64,000 nt of DNA, taken from NCBI GenBank assembly GCA_013239625.1, contig MU053513.1, positions 2,530,927 to 2,594,926 of the forward strand, given 5' to 3'. This DNA is from Lama guanicoe. Taxonomy: Eukaryota. The position numbers and the translations under genes were made by a program. The stretch's first letter is position 1; every line of letters begins with the position of its first letter. Of this stretch, positions 35,976 through 49,984 are shown in pieces. The notes beneath the pieces are model-generated. The model saw only the letters and a list, made by a program, of their open reading frames with translations, was not told the origin of the DNA and ran no database searches.

Positions 35976-36879
35976 ATTAGTAAGGAAGTCAGGGGACCTG
36001 CAGGTCTCACTGAGAAGGAAGTGAAATTGGCATTGGGGGAACCATAGTCCCTCCTCCTTTTTCTGGGGCCTTCAGTCACTGTGCTGAAGAGAATGCCCTG
36101 AGTAACCGAGGAGGGAGCATATATGAGGAAATTTGATGGGAAAGAGTTTTCTTGAGCAACATAGCTTGGGTGTTTGAGCAGAGATATGAAGGAGTAGTAT
36201 GGAGAAGAAAGGTTGAGGGAGAAAAAGAGGATGAGAGAAAGAGAGAGGGAGAAAGAGAGAGAGGGAGAATGGGAATCAGAGATGACTGAGAGTCCTCTGT
36301 GGCCCCCTTCCCTGTGAAACAATGAGTACGAAAAATCCTTGTTTGGCCAAGTTGATAACTCGATTGATTAAAATATGTCCTTTCCTTCCTTCCTTCCTGG
36401 CTTCTGCTCTCCCTCCAACACACCTCACACCATTGAGTCTTTCAGAGCATTTGATCAGGTGGGAATGGACGGAGGAGCCTGGAAAGGGCTGAGTTTGCCT
36501 CCCCATGCTTGTGTATTTTGGCTGAGGAGGGACTGAAGGAGTATTGGCATTTAAATGAATTAAGTTAGGATACAGGAGAGACCAGTAATCATGCAGACAC
36601 CTTAATGATCCAGGTTCCAAACGCAATAGAATTAAACTCATTAGTGTCCCAGGTTGTTGTCCCAGTATAAAGCAAGGGGCTGCCACAACCAGATGCACAT
36701 GTTTCAGCTATGTCAAAAGACCCACTCCTGACTCATCCTCTAGGACCTCTCCCATGATGTGCCTGTCAGTGTGCTGCTCTGACCTTCCATTCCCCTCCCT
36801 TTCCTCCTACGCTTGTCACTCCCTTCAGTTCCTTCCCCTTTTGATGGAGGTCTTACATGTCTCACAGAACTGGGAGTGT

Positions 36880-37045
36880 ATTTCTGTTATCATATAAAGT
36901 GCATTAAATTATGACTTTCTCCCTAAACTGGGAGCTCCTTTAAGAGCACACTTTGAATATTCTATTCTTGGTATTCCCAGCAAGAAGCCCAGAGCACATG
37001 GTAGGTGCTTAATAAATGTTTGATGAATACATAAATGAATGAATA
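36880..37045 (+). mobile_element. L2 3' terminus
   Basis: 'gcacatggtaggtgcttaataaatgtttgatgaatacataaatgaatgaat'. Confidence 0.8.
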
Positions 37046-37514
37046 CCTGTAAAGCATTTAATGGTGCTGCAGCTGTCGCTGCTGTCACTCCTCATGCATC
37101 TCTTGTTTGTTTAGTAAACAGCCCTTTTCCCCTTGGGAGATTCCAGAGGTGTCATTTGTCACATGGCATCCTTACGGCATGCACATAATCCTCTATCTGT
37201 TGTTATTTCTGTTTCTTTATTTAACTAACAACAACAAACCCCCCTGCTTTGTATCAGAATCCTCCTCCTTGCATGGATGTTTGGATTCAGATGAATCTGG
37301 CTTTGAATTCTGACTTCTCCGCTTATTAGCAAGGTAGACTGGGTGAGTCATTCAACTGCTCAGTATCTCTATTTTAAAATGGAAAGTCGTGTTTTTTCAA
37401 ATGGAGATTACTCTAAGGATTAAACAAGAAAGTGTCTTCGAAGTGTCCAGCACCGTAGCCAGCACAGAGTAAATCCTTCTGAGAAATTTTCCATAATCGT
37501 TAAGAATTTCAGTG

Positions 37515-37670
37515 TTTGGTAAATAAGTTCATTTGTGTCATTTTTTAGATTCCATATGATAAGTGAGGTCATATGATATTTGTCTTTCTCTTTCTGGCTT
37601 ACTTCCCTTAGTATGACGCCCTCCAGGTCCATCCATGTTGCCGCACATGGCATTGCTTTATTCTTTTGTG
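37515..37670 (-). mobile_element. L1 fragment (ORF2 C-terminus/3'UTR start)
   Basis: ORF 37420..37653(-) 'AATWMDLEGVILREVSQKEKDKYHMTSLI'. Confidence 0.9.
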
Positions 37671-37868
37671 ATCAATTGATTTACATTTCTTTTTAGTTCT
37701 CAAAAGTTTCTCACTTACTGGTCCAAGGAAATCAAGGGAGTATCTGTTAGTGAATCAGAGCTTCTTGGGAAATCTTTTCCATATTATCCTGTTAACTGCT
37801 TGAGCGAGGTCTTCCCTTTTATTGCATTTTTTCATTTGCCTGAAATCATCCTGCAGCCGTAACTGTAC

Positions 37869-38521
37869 TGTAATGAACGTGGCTCGTTGTCGGGAAGCAG
37901 AGAGCTGGTGGTGCTACCTGTACTTCTACAGTCTCAGACTTATCTTGGTTGTTGGATGAACTGTTACCGAAAAATTGGCCTCTGCACCCCAAAAAGGCCA
38001 TTCAAACTCGGAGGCAGAGTTTTGGGAGCAAAGAGCAGCTTTATTGCCTTGCCCGGCAAAGCAGAGTCACAGCAGGCTCATGCCTTAAAGACTGGGAAAC
38101 CCTCTTGGGGTTGGGGCTTGGTGATTATATAGGCAAATGGGACAGATCATGTCAGTGATAACAAATAATAGAGACTTTACAAAAGTGCATCTTGCGTCGT
38201 GGGAACTTCTGGTGGTCCGTTAGGAGGTCGTTGCCCATGGCCTTGGCGTTATCTGGTCTGATCCCTCTGGTGTCACGGGGGCTCTTGGAGGATCTGGCTG
38301 TTCCTTCAGGATTATTGTTCCGTGATCTTCCTTTTGGAAAATAGCTCCTGGGTTTAGGTACAAGTTGTTTAGAGTTGGGTGTAACTCAAAGAAAGCAAGT
38401 TAATGAATCACGGTAAATTCTTAAAGCTGCCTTGGCGTCAGGGGAGCCATTTTGTGCCTCCTTAAGAACTGTCCACCTGTATGAGTCATCTCCAACTGTC
38501 TTTTTGAAAGTCCAGGTTACA
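37869..38521 (-). mobile_element. ERV-type solo LTR (ERV1-like), possibly composite
   Basis: TG...CA ends (tgtaatgaac / tgttaccga ... ggttaca), AATAAA on the minus strand ('gcagctttattgcc'), retained CpGs. Confidence 0.65.
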
Positions 38522-38849
38522 ATAATACCTATTTTTCTCCCACACCATCATCTAATTTAAAAGAATTATTATTTTTTCCCTTTAATTAAATGTTTGGCCC
38601 TTCCATGTAGCCCTGTTTATAATCCTGGGCACAAGTGAAAATGCCATGATTAAATAAAGCCGAGGAGTCTCAGCTCAGACTGTCTCACCAAGGAGACTGC
38701 AAAATGCTCTAAGATAAGAGGGACTGCAGAATGGTAGCAAGTGATAAAAAGCATTATCTCATTGAACAAAGGAAGGAGGACGTGCAAGCCAAAATGGGCT
38801 GCCTTGCAGATCTCCTCCCCTTAAACTGGGGGTCCAGTACCGCTTGCCT

Positions 38850-39395
38850 GAAGTAGGAGATACTGCAATGGATTTTGGATTCCCAGCATCGGAATACCCT
38901 TTATATGTCTGTGAACGACCTCTCCCCACATCACATTATAAAGAGCTGGATCCTGTTAGAGAAACTGAAAAGATCATGACTATTCTCCCACACCCTTGAA
39001 ATTATGGTGTACGCATGCGATCCAGGCGCTGGCAATGAGAGACCGCCACGCCAGGCTTGCAGCTGGATGCCGGTGGCCTGCGGAAGCCAGGACTGGATGG
39101 TCTCCGCTCTGGTGAGAGTGGCAGCAGTGACATCCAGTTTTGAGAGAGGCAGAGTGTGGTTCTGAGGCCAGAAAGCTGTGTCCACTGTCAGTGGGCTGGT
39201 GGTACCTGTCATGAGATCTGTGCCCAGCTCTGTGGTAGTGGTGTCCTCCTCAGATCAGCTCTGTGGTATGTGATTTGGGGCATCTCTTTCGGCAGTAAAG
39301 CGTCTACGCCTGGCTCCCCTAGAGATTTTGTAAGCTACCAGTGTCCTTTGTGGCTGTTGTCCTTTGCTTGCAACTGATTGATGCCTTGAAATTCC
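38850..39395 (+). mobile_element. Possible old ERVL-class LTR
   Basis: 'catgcgatccaggcgctggcaatgaga...ggtgagagtggcagcagtgacatccagttt...tctgtggtatgtgatttggg' resembles ERVL LTR text as recalled. Confidence 0.4.
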
Positions 39396-40664
39396 AGGCA
39401 ATATACTAAATTTTAAAGATTCCTGACACTGCCCTCCTACGGTTTCTCTCTTAGAATTTCTTTAGAATGAATTTCATTTTGCCTTATATTACAGTTACAT
39501 GTGTTTTTTCAATCAGATTTTTGAGAGCAGAGACTGTATCACATTCATCTTTGTACCCATTCCAAATGCTTTACACATAGGAAGGAGTGTTTGTGAAATT
39601 TATCTCAGCAGGCTGTAAACAAGCCATACATTTATTGCTGCAAGAAAATGACACGGGCTAAGCCCACCTGTAAGAGTGGACCGTGGGACCTTGAGAAACA
39701 CTGGGGGGAAGAGTTAAAGGATGGCCTCTCATGGTCAAGACTTAGGCAATGAAATGCTCCCTGTGAGGCTTTGCCTGTTAACAGGTCCAGCCCGCTGGTC
39801 AGTAATAGCCAGAATGATGACAGTAATCTCTCTTCTCAGAATCTCCCATCAGATTCTATTCACTGAACAATAATAGTCTGCATCTCAAACCCACCGGGTC
39901 TTCTGGTGAGTTATTGCAGTGGACCTAATGCTTTTCCCTTTTCAGCGAAGTGGAGAGAAGCTTCTTTCCCTGTTAAAGAAGAAAAGAGTAGTCCTTAGAC
40001 TCAGCAGCATGTACTCTGTATTACAGTCTTTATTTCTCGGTATCTCACATTCCTTTTACAGGTATGAAGGCAACCCCTATATGAAGTTTGCATCCATTTC
40101 TCACACACACATGACCACCAGCCTGATTTTTAAATTATGCTTATTGGAACATGTATAACATGGTACCTGAGGCCACATTTCACTGCTATTTGGTGTGAGT
40201 CTGGCGAGCAAACCTTTACAAGTTGTGCCCATCAAACCTGAAATGGGCTATAGATCTAGTTCACTTGGGCATGAACATGGATTGAATTCCTTCCCCTTTT
40301 ACTCCAGATCTGTGAAGCTAATTGTCTGTATTTGCTTTGCAAGTTCAGCTGTGGTCTTGATCCCTTCCCTACACTGTGGTCTTAAAGAGGCATTTAAATT
40401 CCATTCCTACTCCTCCTCTCACCTGGATATTATAACTTACCAAAGGGCATATTAATATACTTGCCCTATACTCTAAAGAGAACACCGTTTCTCTTAGTGG
40501 AGAGAGGTCTTTCAAAGGATTCTCAGAGCAGAGTAACTTCTAAGCCACTCATTCATATTTATCTTAAAAGACTGTGAAAAACTCTCTCTCTCTCTCCCAT
40601 AGCCTTATTGTTAAGTGCGAATTTACCTTTAGCTAGCTAGGATTCTCAATACAGGGCTTGAGAG

Positions 40665-40900
40665 TGTAGTATAATGTAGTAATTTAAAGTGTAGCCTCTG
40701 ATATTTGACTACTTGAGATCAAACCCCAGCTCTTCCATTTAATGGTTTTGGACTATTAAAATAACTACACATTGACTCCTCATCTGTAAAAATATAGTAA
40801 CATATCTCCGTGTTGTTGTGAGGGATAAGTTAATTGCCACATGTAAAGACTTAGAACATGGTTCTTGATAAGACCTCAATAAGTACTGGCTATTATTATC
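40665..40900 (+). mobile_element. MIR SINE
   Basis: 'gtgttgttgtgaggga...catgtaaagacttagaac...ctcaataagtactggctattatt'. Confidence 0.75.
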
Positions 40901-41569
40901 CAATTTTCTTTTTATTTATCTCATTTGAAACTGCAAAGACAAAGTCATTCCTTAGGTCTTCTAAAACTGCAACCATTTGAATTCAAATAACATAAACACT
41001 AGCATTGAAGCGTTAAGCATCTAAGCATATATAATGGATGTGGACAATGTTAAGCCATAAATTAATTTTTTAAAACATGGTAAATTCATTAATTATTATA
41101 AATTACCTCCTATGCCATTATAACATTATTTCATAGATTAATAGATTTTTGACAACCTAAGTGCTGGTTTTTGATATATCATAAACATATGACTCAAAGT
41201 ATAATCCTGGCATTTTAGACATTTTAGATTTGGAAGGGGTCTTAGGTGCTAAATGTCCTCATTTTCTACCTGGTAAGGGAAACCCACTGCCCAAGGTCTC
41301 AAATACTCAGGGCTTTCCAGTCCAGCGAAGCCCGTAGTTGAACAGCAGTAAGACTAACTGGAAGAACGTTTGCTCTTCCTCCAACCGTAGGATTCTATTC
41401 ACTTAGAGGACACATACAAGTACAAAAATTTAGTCTACGAGGAAGCGGTAGGTGGAAATAGACACAGTTAGACTGTTATTCAGAACAATTCCTACAAAGT
41501 AAAATCCATATATAAGGGAATAAATTAATTCATGTTACTGAATTTCATAGGTAACTAACATTTTAATCT

Positions 41570-42080
41570 CGTCATTCAGGTCTCAGATGCAGTGCCACCC
41601 CCTCAGAGAGGATCCCTGAGCACCCGGCTGAGGAGCCTCCCCCCTCCACTCTCTCCCTTATTCTTCTTTATTTGCTTCATAGTTTATGTCAGAAGTTATA
41701 TTACTCACTTATTTTTTTATTATATCATTGCCTCACAATAGAATGTAAAATCCATGAGAATATATGATGTGGTGCTGAGTATTGTATCTCTGTGTACTAG
41801 AACTGTACCTAGCCCACAGGTCTTTTAGTGAAAACACATTTGTCTGATGGAATGGATAAATGAAGTCTTTGATAAGGAAGTTTAATTTTATTCTGAGCGC
41901 ATAATGAGGACAAAGAATTTTGTGCAGCAGGGTAACATGACCAGAGTCACACGTTAGCAAGACACGCTGGCAGCTTTGTGCACTTACCGTTAGCAACCAG
42001 AAAGTCACATTTACATTTGGACTTAAATTGAGAATACTAGCAGATGTCATCCGGGGCAAAGAAAGGCATGAAAATTGAAG
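41570..42080. mobile_element. Adjacent L2 fragments (+ terminus to ~41860, then -)
   Basis: 'tagaatgtaaaatccatgag...gaatggataaatg' followed by 'gcagcagggtaacatgaccaga'. Confidence 0.6.
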
Positions 42081-44220
42081 ACATTGGAGATCAGAAAACT
42101 AAGAAGAAAAATGAAGAGGAGGAGGAGAAGCAGAAGAAGAGAGAAAAGAAAACATAAGATGAAGAGGCTTGGGAAAAAAAATGCCTGGGAAAATTAACCC
42201 CAGACAACCCAACAGGTCCATTTCAATGAGAGAGAGAGACCCTTGGAAAGTCAGCGAAGCTTAACTGGACAAAAATCATCCCCTGGCGAGAGCTTTGGGT
42301 TATGACATTTCTACCTCTAGAGATTAATTTGAACCGTTACAATGTTATTTTCAGAGCTGCTCTACCATCTTTTCACCTAAAGTTTTCATGAAATTTTGTG
42401 CTGATACATGGACTCAATGGTCCAGGAAGGTGCCAGTGGTATCCAGGGAACTCAATTTCGCCCTTGTGGGTTGTATATAAGCAACAAGCAAGCTGCTGGT
42501 TGGATTGGAGGTGATGAGCGGGGTGACTTTCTGTGTAATGCAATAGTGGTGGCTGCAAAGAGAAACAGGGTCTCTTAGAATGTTGGATTCAATTCAGAAA
42601 TCTCAGGTGGTGAAAAGAAGAGGTCACATAATTAACTCTGAGTTAATGGAAGGAGAGCAGCATCGTGAATCACACCAAACAGTAGATCATTGGAAAACTG
42701 CATATAAAACTGGGCTTTGGAATGCACTGTATGACTTCTTTGAAAGGCAGAGGATTTATGTCTTATTTGCTTTGCTGAAGTTAATAGTAAAATTAGTTTG
42801 TATTCTGTCTGCATTTGAAAGATGTTTAGCAGTGAGTGGATTGGCTGGAAGGAGAGTAGAAGATAAGAGAAAGGTATTGGAGGAGAGAAGGGGCCTGGGA
42901 GCACGCTGGCTGGCTGTGAAGTTCAGGCTACGCTAACAACTTGCCACGTGGACCTGCACGGGGCAAAACCTTTCGGTGCATAGCAAAGAATGAACTATAT
43001 AACCAACTGATACAGTAAAAGCACAGGGCCTGATAAAATCAGCATGTAATACATATTTGTTGAATGAATGAAAAATTCTCTTTCATTTTGGAGTAATGGA
43101 TTTATTCAATGCTGTTTAATTTTTATTAAATGCTGTCTTAAAGGCACAGAGATTCTCTTCTCCTTTTTTTCTCATCACACTGAATCCAGAATAGTAGAGG
43201 AAAAAAATGTAGAACTTGGATATAAAAGCATCTGTTGCAACCAGAGTTTAATACACCAGCTTGAACTTCGGTGCCAGTGCTGCTTTTGAAAAGCAATGTG
43301 TGACTGACCTTTAAGTATGTTTTTAAAAGACTGGAGAATTAGTTACTTTAGTTTCAAGTCTCTAACTCTTGCATGTCTGGCCACCGTCAGTACAAGTGCA
43401 CACCTTGTTTACCACTGCTGAAACTAGGAGCCTGGTCTCTGCATGCGCTGCTCCGTCCACTCTCAGCTGGCCCAGCCCAGGTGGGACGCCACGGCCAACT
43501 CTCAGGAGAGCCTGCAGTGGCAGGACCCTTAGCCAGCTCACAGTCCTGCTCTCATACCAGCTGGGACCCACTGATGAAGAGACGCAGATCTCAGAGGACC
43601 TGTGTCTGTCAGAGCAACACCCACTGGCAGGTCCCTCCACACCTTGCCTGGAGCAGTGAGAAACTTGAAGCCTTAATCTTTTCATTGACAGGGATTCTCC
43701 ATTCTCCTTTCTACTGGATTTCAGCAGGACTAAGGCATTAAAACTTGCTTGTGATAGTATCCAGGTGGCCTGAATCTGTAACTCCGTGTAAGCAGACTGA
43801 TCTCAGAGAGAATCTCTTTTGCAACCCCATCATGAGATGACATAGGCATCTGTTCTTAGACACTGTGTCTCTAATATCTCACATACACCTATAAGTACAC
43901 ACACTCTATATGTCAGGGCCACAGAGCATCACACAAGAATGGTAAAGGCACAGGGAAAAATTCTGACCGCACACCACCCAACCACCCTAGGGATGTCTAC
44001 ATCATTTCTAGAGTTGTGATCCAGCAGCCATATTGATAGACATTTTAAAGGACTCAATTTAGAACTCTTACTGTCATAGGCTATTCCCCTTCATTACTTC
44101 CAAATTACTAATGTAGCACAGAAAGAAAGCCAAAGGCCTGGCTGCTGTGTGACATTTGTCGATGTTCTTTTCTGGCAAAGAATGCAGGTTGGTGTCCCTC
44201 ATATCTAATAAAACAAGGGC

Positions 44221-44763
44221 TGTGTTAGTAGTTGCATTTGGCTGAATATAACAGAAATTTGACCTCAGTGGTTTAATAGAATGGGGTTTTATTCTTCACA
44301 CCCACTGAAGTCTGGGATATTCTAGTGCTGTCGCGGGGCTCTGTGATGTCACCAGGGACCCAGGCTTCAGCTACCTTCCTGCCTTCACATCCTACAGCTT
44401 GCGTTTCTTCCTCATGCCCACCAGACGGCTTTTCCTCCTCTGGACTTCACATCCAATCCCAAAAAGAAACAGGGTGGCGTAGGGTAAGGGAGGATGATAA
44501 AGGTCAAAGGAGATATGCCAACTGAGTCTGTCTCCTTTTATCAAGAAAACAATAATTTCCCTAAACTCTTCAGTGAGCAGGTGTCTACTTCCATACATTT
44601 GGCCGGCATGGGACCAAGTAGCCACCCTTAGTTCTAGCAAAGAGATTGGGAAACTTGAATGTTTTTTGCTGTTCTAAACCAATTCAGGGTGCTCTGGGCA
44701 AGAAATACGGGGAGTACTTAATCCGTGAGGATATCAGTTAGACAACTAGTTGTGTTTGCCTCA
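44221..44763 (-). mobile_element. MLT1J-like MaLR LTR
   Basis: 'tgtgttagtagttgcatttggctgaatataacagaaa...tgatgtcaccagggacccaggct...ggatatcagttagacaactagttgtgtttgcctca'. Confidence 0.75.
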
Positions 44764-46599
44764 AGTTATGCCATGTAGGATACGTTTTCTGCCTGCATTC
44801 GCTGAAATGTTTTGATGCTCCAAGTGAGTCATCAGAGCGGTTCTTCCCAGCTTCTAATATATGAAGCAAATAGGCAGTCAGATTCTGACAAGCTTTTGCT
44901 GGTGCCGTGATGGTGTGGAAATTAGACCTACATCTAAGGGGCCTTCTTTATTTTCCTTCTTCTGTCCGTGGACTCTGGTGAGTGGTGGGAAAGGCAGTAG
45001 GGGAGCACAGCGTGTATATTTTTCTCTTTCACTGTTTTTTTCTTAAGCTCCTAATGCATCACGTATATTAGGTGCTTGAAACAACACATTTAATGATGCG
45101 TAAGTACTTGAGTAAATCAGTAGGTCCATGATTTGGCACCATCACCAATTGGCTATGGAATCTTGAGTGTGCGACTTGATTATTCTAAGTCTGCTTTTTT
45201 CCCATTTCTGGACATGTGCAGATGTGCCTCATGGGGCGGTAGGGAAGGTCAAATAAGATAACACATGGTAAGCATTTCTTAAGTGGTGTAGGTATTTACA
45301 ATCTGCAAAGTGCTTTCAGTTCCATTCCCCCTCTTGCCTGGTCCTAATCGCCCCAGCTCCACCCCTCACCTGACATAGGGTGAAAGCAGGCATTACTGCA
45401 CCCACTTCTGACGGATGAGGAAATGAAGGCTAGAATGGCTTAGAACTGATCTAAACTCAAATAAACTGTATGTGGTAAAGCTTGGTGTTTAGGCTTGAAA
45501 AAGTAATATGCACTAAGCCATCCTTATTTAAAACTTGCATTTTTCTCAGAAGGATTTAAAGAAGCAGGAAATTGTTACTCCTTTAATGCGGTTACCCTGA
45601 GAAACACAGTCAATAGCCTACAGATAGCTCTATAGATAAGGTATCATTTAGCCGAAAGGTAAGATGGAAAGCCCTCATGAAGGGTTTTCAAGAATATAAG
45701 GAATCCAAGGACATAGACAAAAGAAGTTGAAGCACAATAAAATTAGGCCAAGTATTGTGAAATAGTGAGGGGTTTAAAATTTTAAAATGGGTTAATAAGG
45801 TTACTTTTTCTAGGATTTTTAAGAAAGGAGCCAGAGCCTCATCCGTGGAAGGTGGTTTAAGCGCAGCACACCAAGAACAGACCATGTGGTCGGCCTCCTT
45901 GAGTGTGCCTTTGAGCCTTAGACTCCCTGAACACTTAGAATTCATTATCACTTCTGCTTATTTACTTCAAAATAACAACTGACACTTTGCAACTTACAAA
46001 ATGCTTTCACACATAGCCTCTCATTTAATTCTCACAACAACCTCCTAATATATTATGCACATTTTTTTTTCAGGAGAAGTAAATAACAAAACAGAAATTT
46101 GAACCAAGCTCTTAACATAAATGTGATGCTCTTTCCTGGACATCTCATCTACCTCCCACTTCCACACAGCCATGCGGTAGCTGGGGGGCTGATAAATTCA
46201 CTGTCTTCTGCTTCAAATCTGCTGCTTCTCCTCTAGGCCTGGTTGATGGAATCCCTTTCTACCCAGTTGCCTGAGTCAGAGACGTAGGAGTCAAACTAGA
46301 CTTATATACTCTTTCTCTCTCCCATTTCTGCTCAATCTGTTCTTCAAGTCTTGTCAATTTTTAGCTCCTAAGTAGATCTTAAAAGGTTGCCTTCTCTCCA
46401 CTCTTCAGTTTTTGTCTTTACCACCATTTATTTTAATTTCAAAAATAATTTTCCTCCTAAATTTTCTCCTTTCAGCATTGCTTCCTTAAGTCCAACATGG
46501 GACCAGCGTGAAGAGCTCATAGCTTAGGAGCATAAAATGGGGAGAGAGTCCAGGGGAGTCCCTAGCCGAGGGCCTTTCGATGCTCCCTGCCTCCTACTG

Positions 46600-47065
46600 C
46601 TGTGCTTCCTGCGTTTCAGCATTTTGGCGGTCCTTTCATTTCATTGCTGTGGTTCTACACCATTGAAAGTGATGCTCAGTGTGCTGTTGCAAAGAATACA
46701 TTGATATCTATAATATTCAGTGTTAGAGAATCCATATGACCGACCTGCATCATGTGCTGTCTCCAGTCTTCCTGTGCGTTGTCGAGGATGTTTCAGTTGT
46801 TCTAGGTCTGAAGTTTTCCCCGTCAGAACACTGGGCCTGAAAGTCATGGTTCCAGGTAGGATAAATCACCAGAGTGGTAATTGTTTTAGTCCATCCAAGG
46901 CAATAATATCTGTGAAATCTTGATTTTAATGTGCTAGCTATGCTTTCCACTAGTATAAATTAAAATATACACATGACTAGGAAAATTTTTGAAAAATGTT
47001 TGTGTACTACCTAAAATCATCTCCTTCTATTAGTTATAAACCTAGTACACTTCTGGAAACTTCTC
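46600..47065. mobile_element. hAT-Charlie non-autonomous element (MER113-like)
   Basis: Right end 'tgtgtactacctaaaatcatctc...agtacacttctggaaac'. Confidence 0.45.
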
Positions 47066-47131
47066 AGTGTGAAGTAACTGACTGTGATTTGGCCTCTATT
47101 TCACTACGTAGCCTCACCTGTAAGGTGATTG

Positions 47132-47263
47132 CAGGGTGGCCATGTAATTTATCACACAAACCAGCATACTTTTGAGTATGAAGTGGTACTCACACTTAAC
47201 TCCTTTGGCACATCAAGTATAAAACTGCATCATTCCAGGAAAATCTGGGCACAGAATCACCTC
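47132..47263 (+). mobile_element. MER94 (hAT-Blackjack) MITE
   Basis: 'cagggtggccatgtaatttatcacacaaaccagcatactttt...gggcacagaatcacct'. Confidence 0.7.
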
Positions 47264-47759
47264 ATTCATCTGCTCACTCCCTAATTTCTACTGTCTGCAC
47301 TTACATGATACTCAAGTACCCTCAGGTTTTTGTACCCACTATATTAGATTTCAATCATCTGAATTTTTATAAATCCTGTTCCTTAAGCCTGGAAACCCTT
47401 TCTTACTTCTCTTCTGATACCTAACTCTCAGGCATTGGCTTCTCGAGGAAGTCTTTGACTCCGGACCGGACTGAAGGAATGTTCCTGGTATTTCCTGAAA
47501 ACATATCTTTATTCACTTCCCCACTAAGGCACTCTCTAGAGCAGGTGCTGTGTCTTACTGATTTTGCTCCGTGCAGCACATACATACATATTCCAGGCAT
47601 ACATGGTGACACACGTGTGACTCACTATTGACCAGCCCGGCGCAGGGATCCGTGCTGTCCTCCTGTAGGTGACACTGAAGTTAACCCTAACCTGCTCTGG
47701 AAGCAGATGCTTATCTCCCCTCTCTTTTCTATGTTTACTTTCACCTTTGATGAAGAAAC

Positions 47760-48010
47760 AGCATATCACAGGGCTTAAGACATGGCTGAGGGGTTAGACA
47801 GAACTGGTTTAGAATTCCTGCTCTGTATTTACTAGCTTTGTGACCTTAGGCAAATAATCCAACTTTCCTAAACCTCAGTTTTCCTGTCTGCAAAACCCGG
47901 ATGATAATAAAACCCACCTCATGGGAACATTATGATGATGAAGTGCTATGATGCATCGAAAAGGATGACTGCAGTGCCTGGCATGCAACATGCGGTTCAC
48001 AAATGTTTCA
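47760..48010 (+). mobile_element. MIR SINE, near full length
   Basis: 'tactagctttgtgaccttaggcaaat...cctcagttttcctgtctgcaaaa...cagtgcctggcatg'. Confidence 0.85.
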
Positions 48011-48399
48011 GAAAAGAGCCATGGATGTGATGAGATTATAAAGAAAGTGATATCTTTCTTCTGCTGGCTCATTAAGGAACCTTGGATTTTCAAGGCCGGT
48101 TGGTTTGAATCAAAGTCCAGGCATAAAGTACCATCCACAAGTCTCTGAACAAACATAGAATGAACACAGAGAATTGAGACCTTACTTTAGGGAGCATAAG
48201 GTTCCTGATGTATAAAAATGAAGCTTTTGAAAACATTAATTTTTTTTCATAATTTAGCACTAAGATCATCAGCTGCTCGAGGTCTATTTGGAGTTCTTGG
48301 TGCCACATCTCCTGTGTACCCCGGAAAAGTAGGTTAGTAAATCTCTAATGTCTTCTCCTCCAGCCTATGAATAACCTGGTTAATTACTTGGTCATACAA

Positions 48400-48700
48400 T
48401 AATTAATTAATTGGTTAACCAAAGAGTTATTGCCTGCCTATTATGTGGCAGTTGCTTTTCTGTGCTCCTGCTATGTGTTAGATAACAGTGGGGATAAAAT
48501 GATGCTCATATAAGTATCTGGTCTTAGGAGCTCGAGGTGAGTCAGACAAAGCTTTAATTACATGAGCTCCCTACATGTGACAGTCAGGTTCCTGACAAAG
48601 CCATGCCCAGGTGCTAAGGGAGCATGGAGGAGAGGCACCCAGTCTCCCACAGGAGTAGGGATGGTGTGTCAAAAAAGGCTTCTGTTCTGTTTCATGAAGT
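48400..48700 (-). mobile_element. L2 3' fragment
   Basis: 'ttattgcctgcctattatgtggcag...caggtgctaaggggagcatggaggagaggcaccc'. Confidence 0.6.
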
Positions 48701-49984
48701 CTTTCTTCAGTGGGAATTACTTGACATGGATGATCTAATCATCCAGTGATGAACTGCACAGGGCAAAAGCAAAGGCCTTTTCCACTGGGTTCTCTGACCT
48801 CCAGTTGTAATGAGGCTGTGAATGTGGTCGGCAGTTTCCACGCACACCTTTAAGGATACAGCCCTGTCTTCCTGCTATGCCCCCTGCCCCGACTCTCCAA
48901 TCCTCAATGCTGGAAGCAGAGAGAATTGGGTACAGCAGGCTGGGAGGTAATATAATTAGGCAATTTCTGCAATGCTAGAAAAAACACAGGTTGGAACCAA
49001 TGGAATGGAAGAAATCTGAGCTTAAGAGGTAACAGGAGGGAGAGAGACATAAGTTCTCATGACACCAATGTTTCAGGATGGTGAACAGTATCATGAGTTA
49101 GGGAATCACAGGAGGAAGAGGAGAAAGCTATAATGGGGGTTTATCCTATTTTTATAGGATATAACTTTTAACAAGAACTAATCTCTCTGACTATAAATGG
49201 CAATTGCCTCCTGCCCAGTGTTTTCATATTTTCTTCAGGTTCCAAACAAAATGAACACTGTCGAACATGTCCTGGTACTACCTAAACACACTTGGTACAG
49301 AGTGCATCAGAACAACAATTAGAGAGACAGTAAATTCCAGTCTGTGCACAGCTCTGGTGAAGCTTTGTCCATTGTTAGCTAATGATTTCCAATAATTAAT
49401 CAGCCTTTTTTAATGTCTCTATAGACACATGTTTAAAAAAAAATGACAGAGATGAAAACTGGTGGCTGATCACCAATACTTGGCACGTGATCCTGGACCA
49501 GCCTGGTGGGATGTGCGTCCTTGAAATGTTCTTTTAACAATCCCAGTGTTGGTAACTTAAAGTCAACCTTGTCACATTGGCATACAGTGCAAAGATCATG
49601 TCTAATTAAACCGTTCTAGTTTGGAATAATTAGATAAATAAAACGTCTGAACTGTGGGCTTTTCTAAAATAATTATAAACATCTCTATGCTCGCTCGGTG
49701 TTGCATCAGAAGTTATGCCAATCAACATGTTGCTGCACAGCTGTCTCTCCCTAACACAGAAATTAAAAAAAATGTTTATAGCTATTAAATTGAAATTTCA
49801 GCATAAGCTGAGACTGATCACGAAGTGTGTGTGAAGTGGGTGCTTCCAATGTGTTCAAATGTTCTATGACATAGCCAAGCATCCCCTTTGAAATCTTCCC
49901 TCTACGTTGCATTGCTCTGCTAGCACACCACTTCCGTCTCTGTTTGTACAAAATTGAAGGGTAGGTGCTTTCTCAATTTAATTT

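Noticed and set aside
42060..42240. Purine-rich tract (also 36190-36290)
   Set aside because: Ordinary low-complexity sequence.
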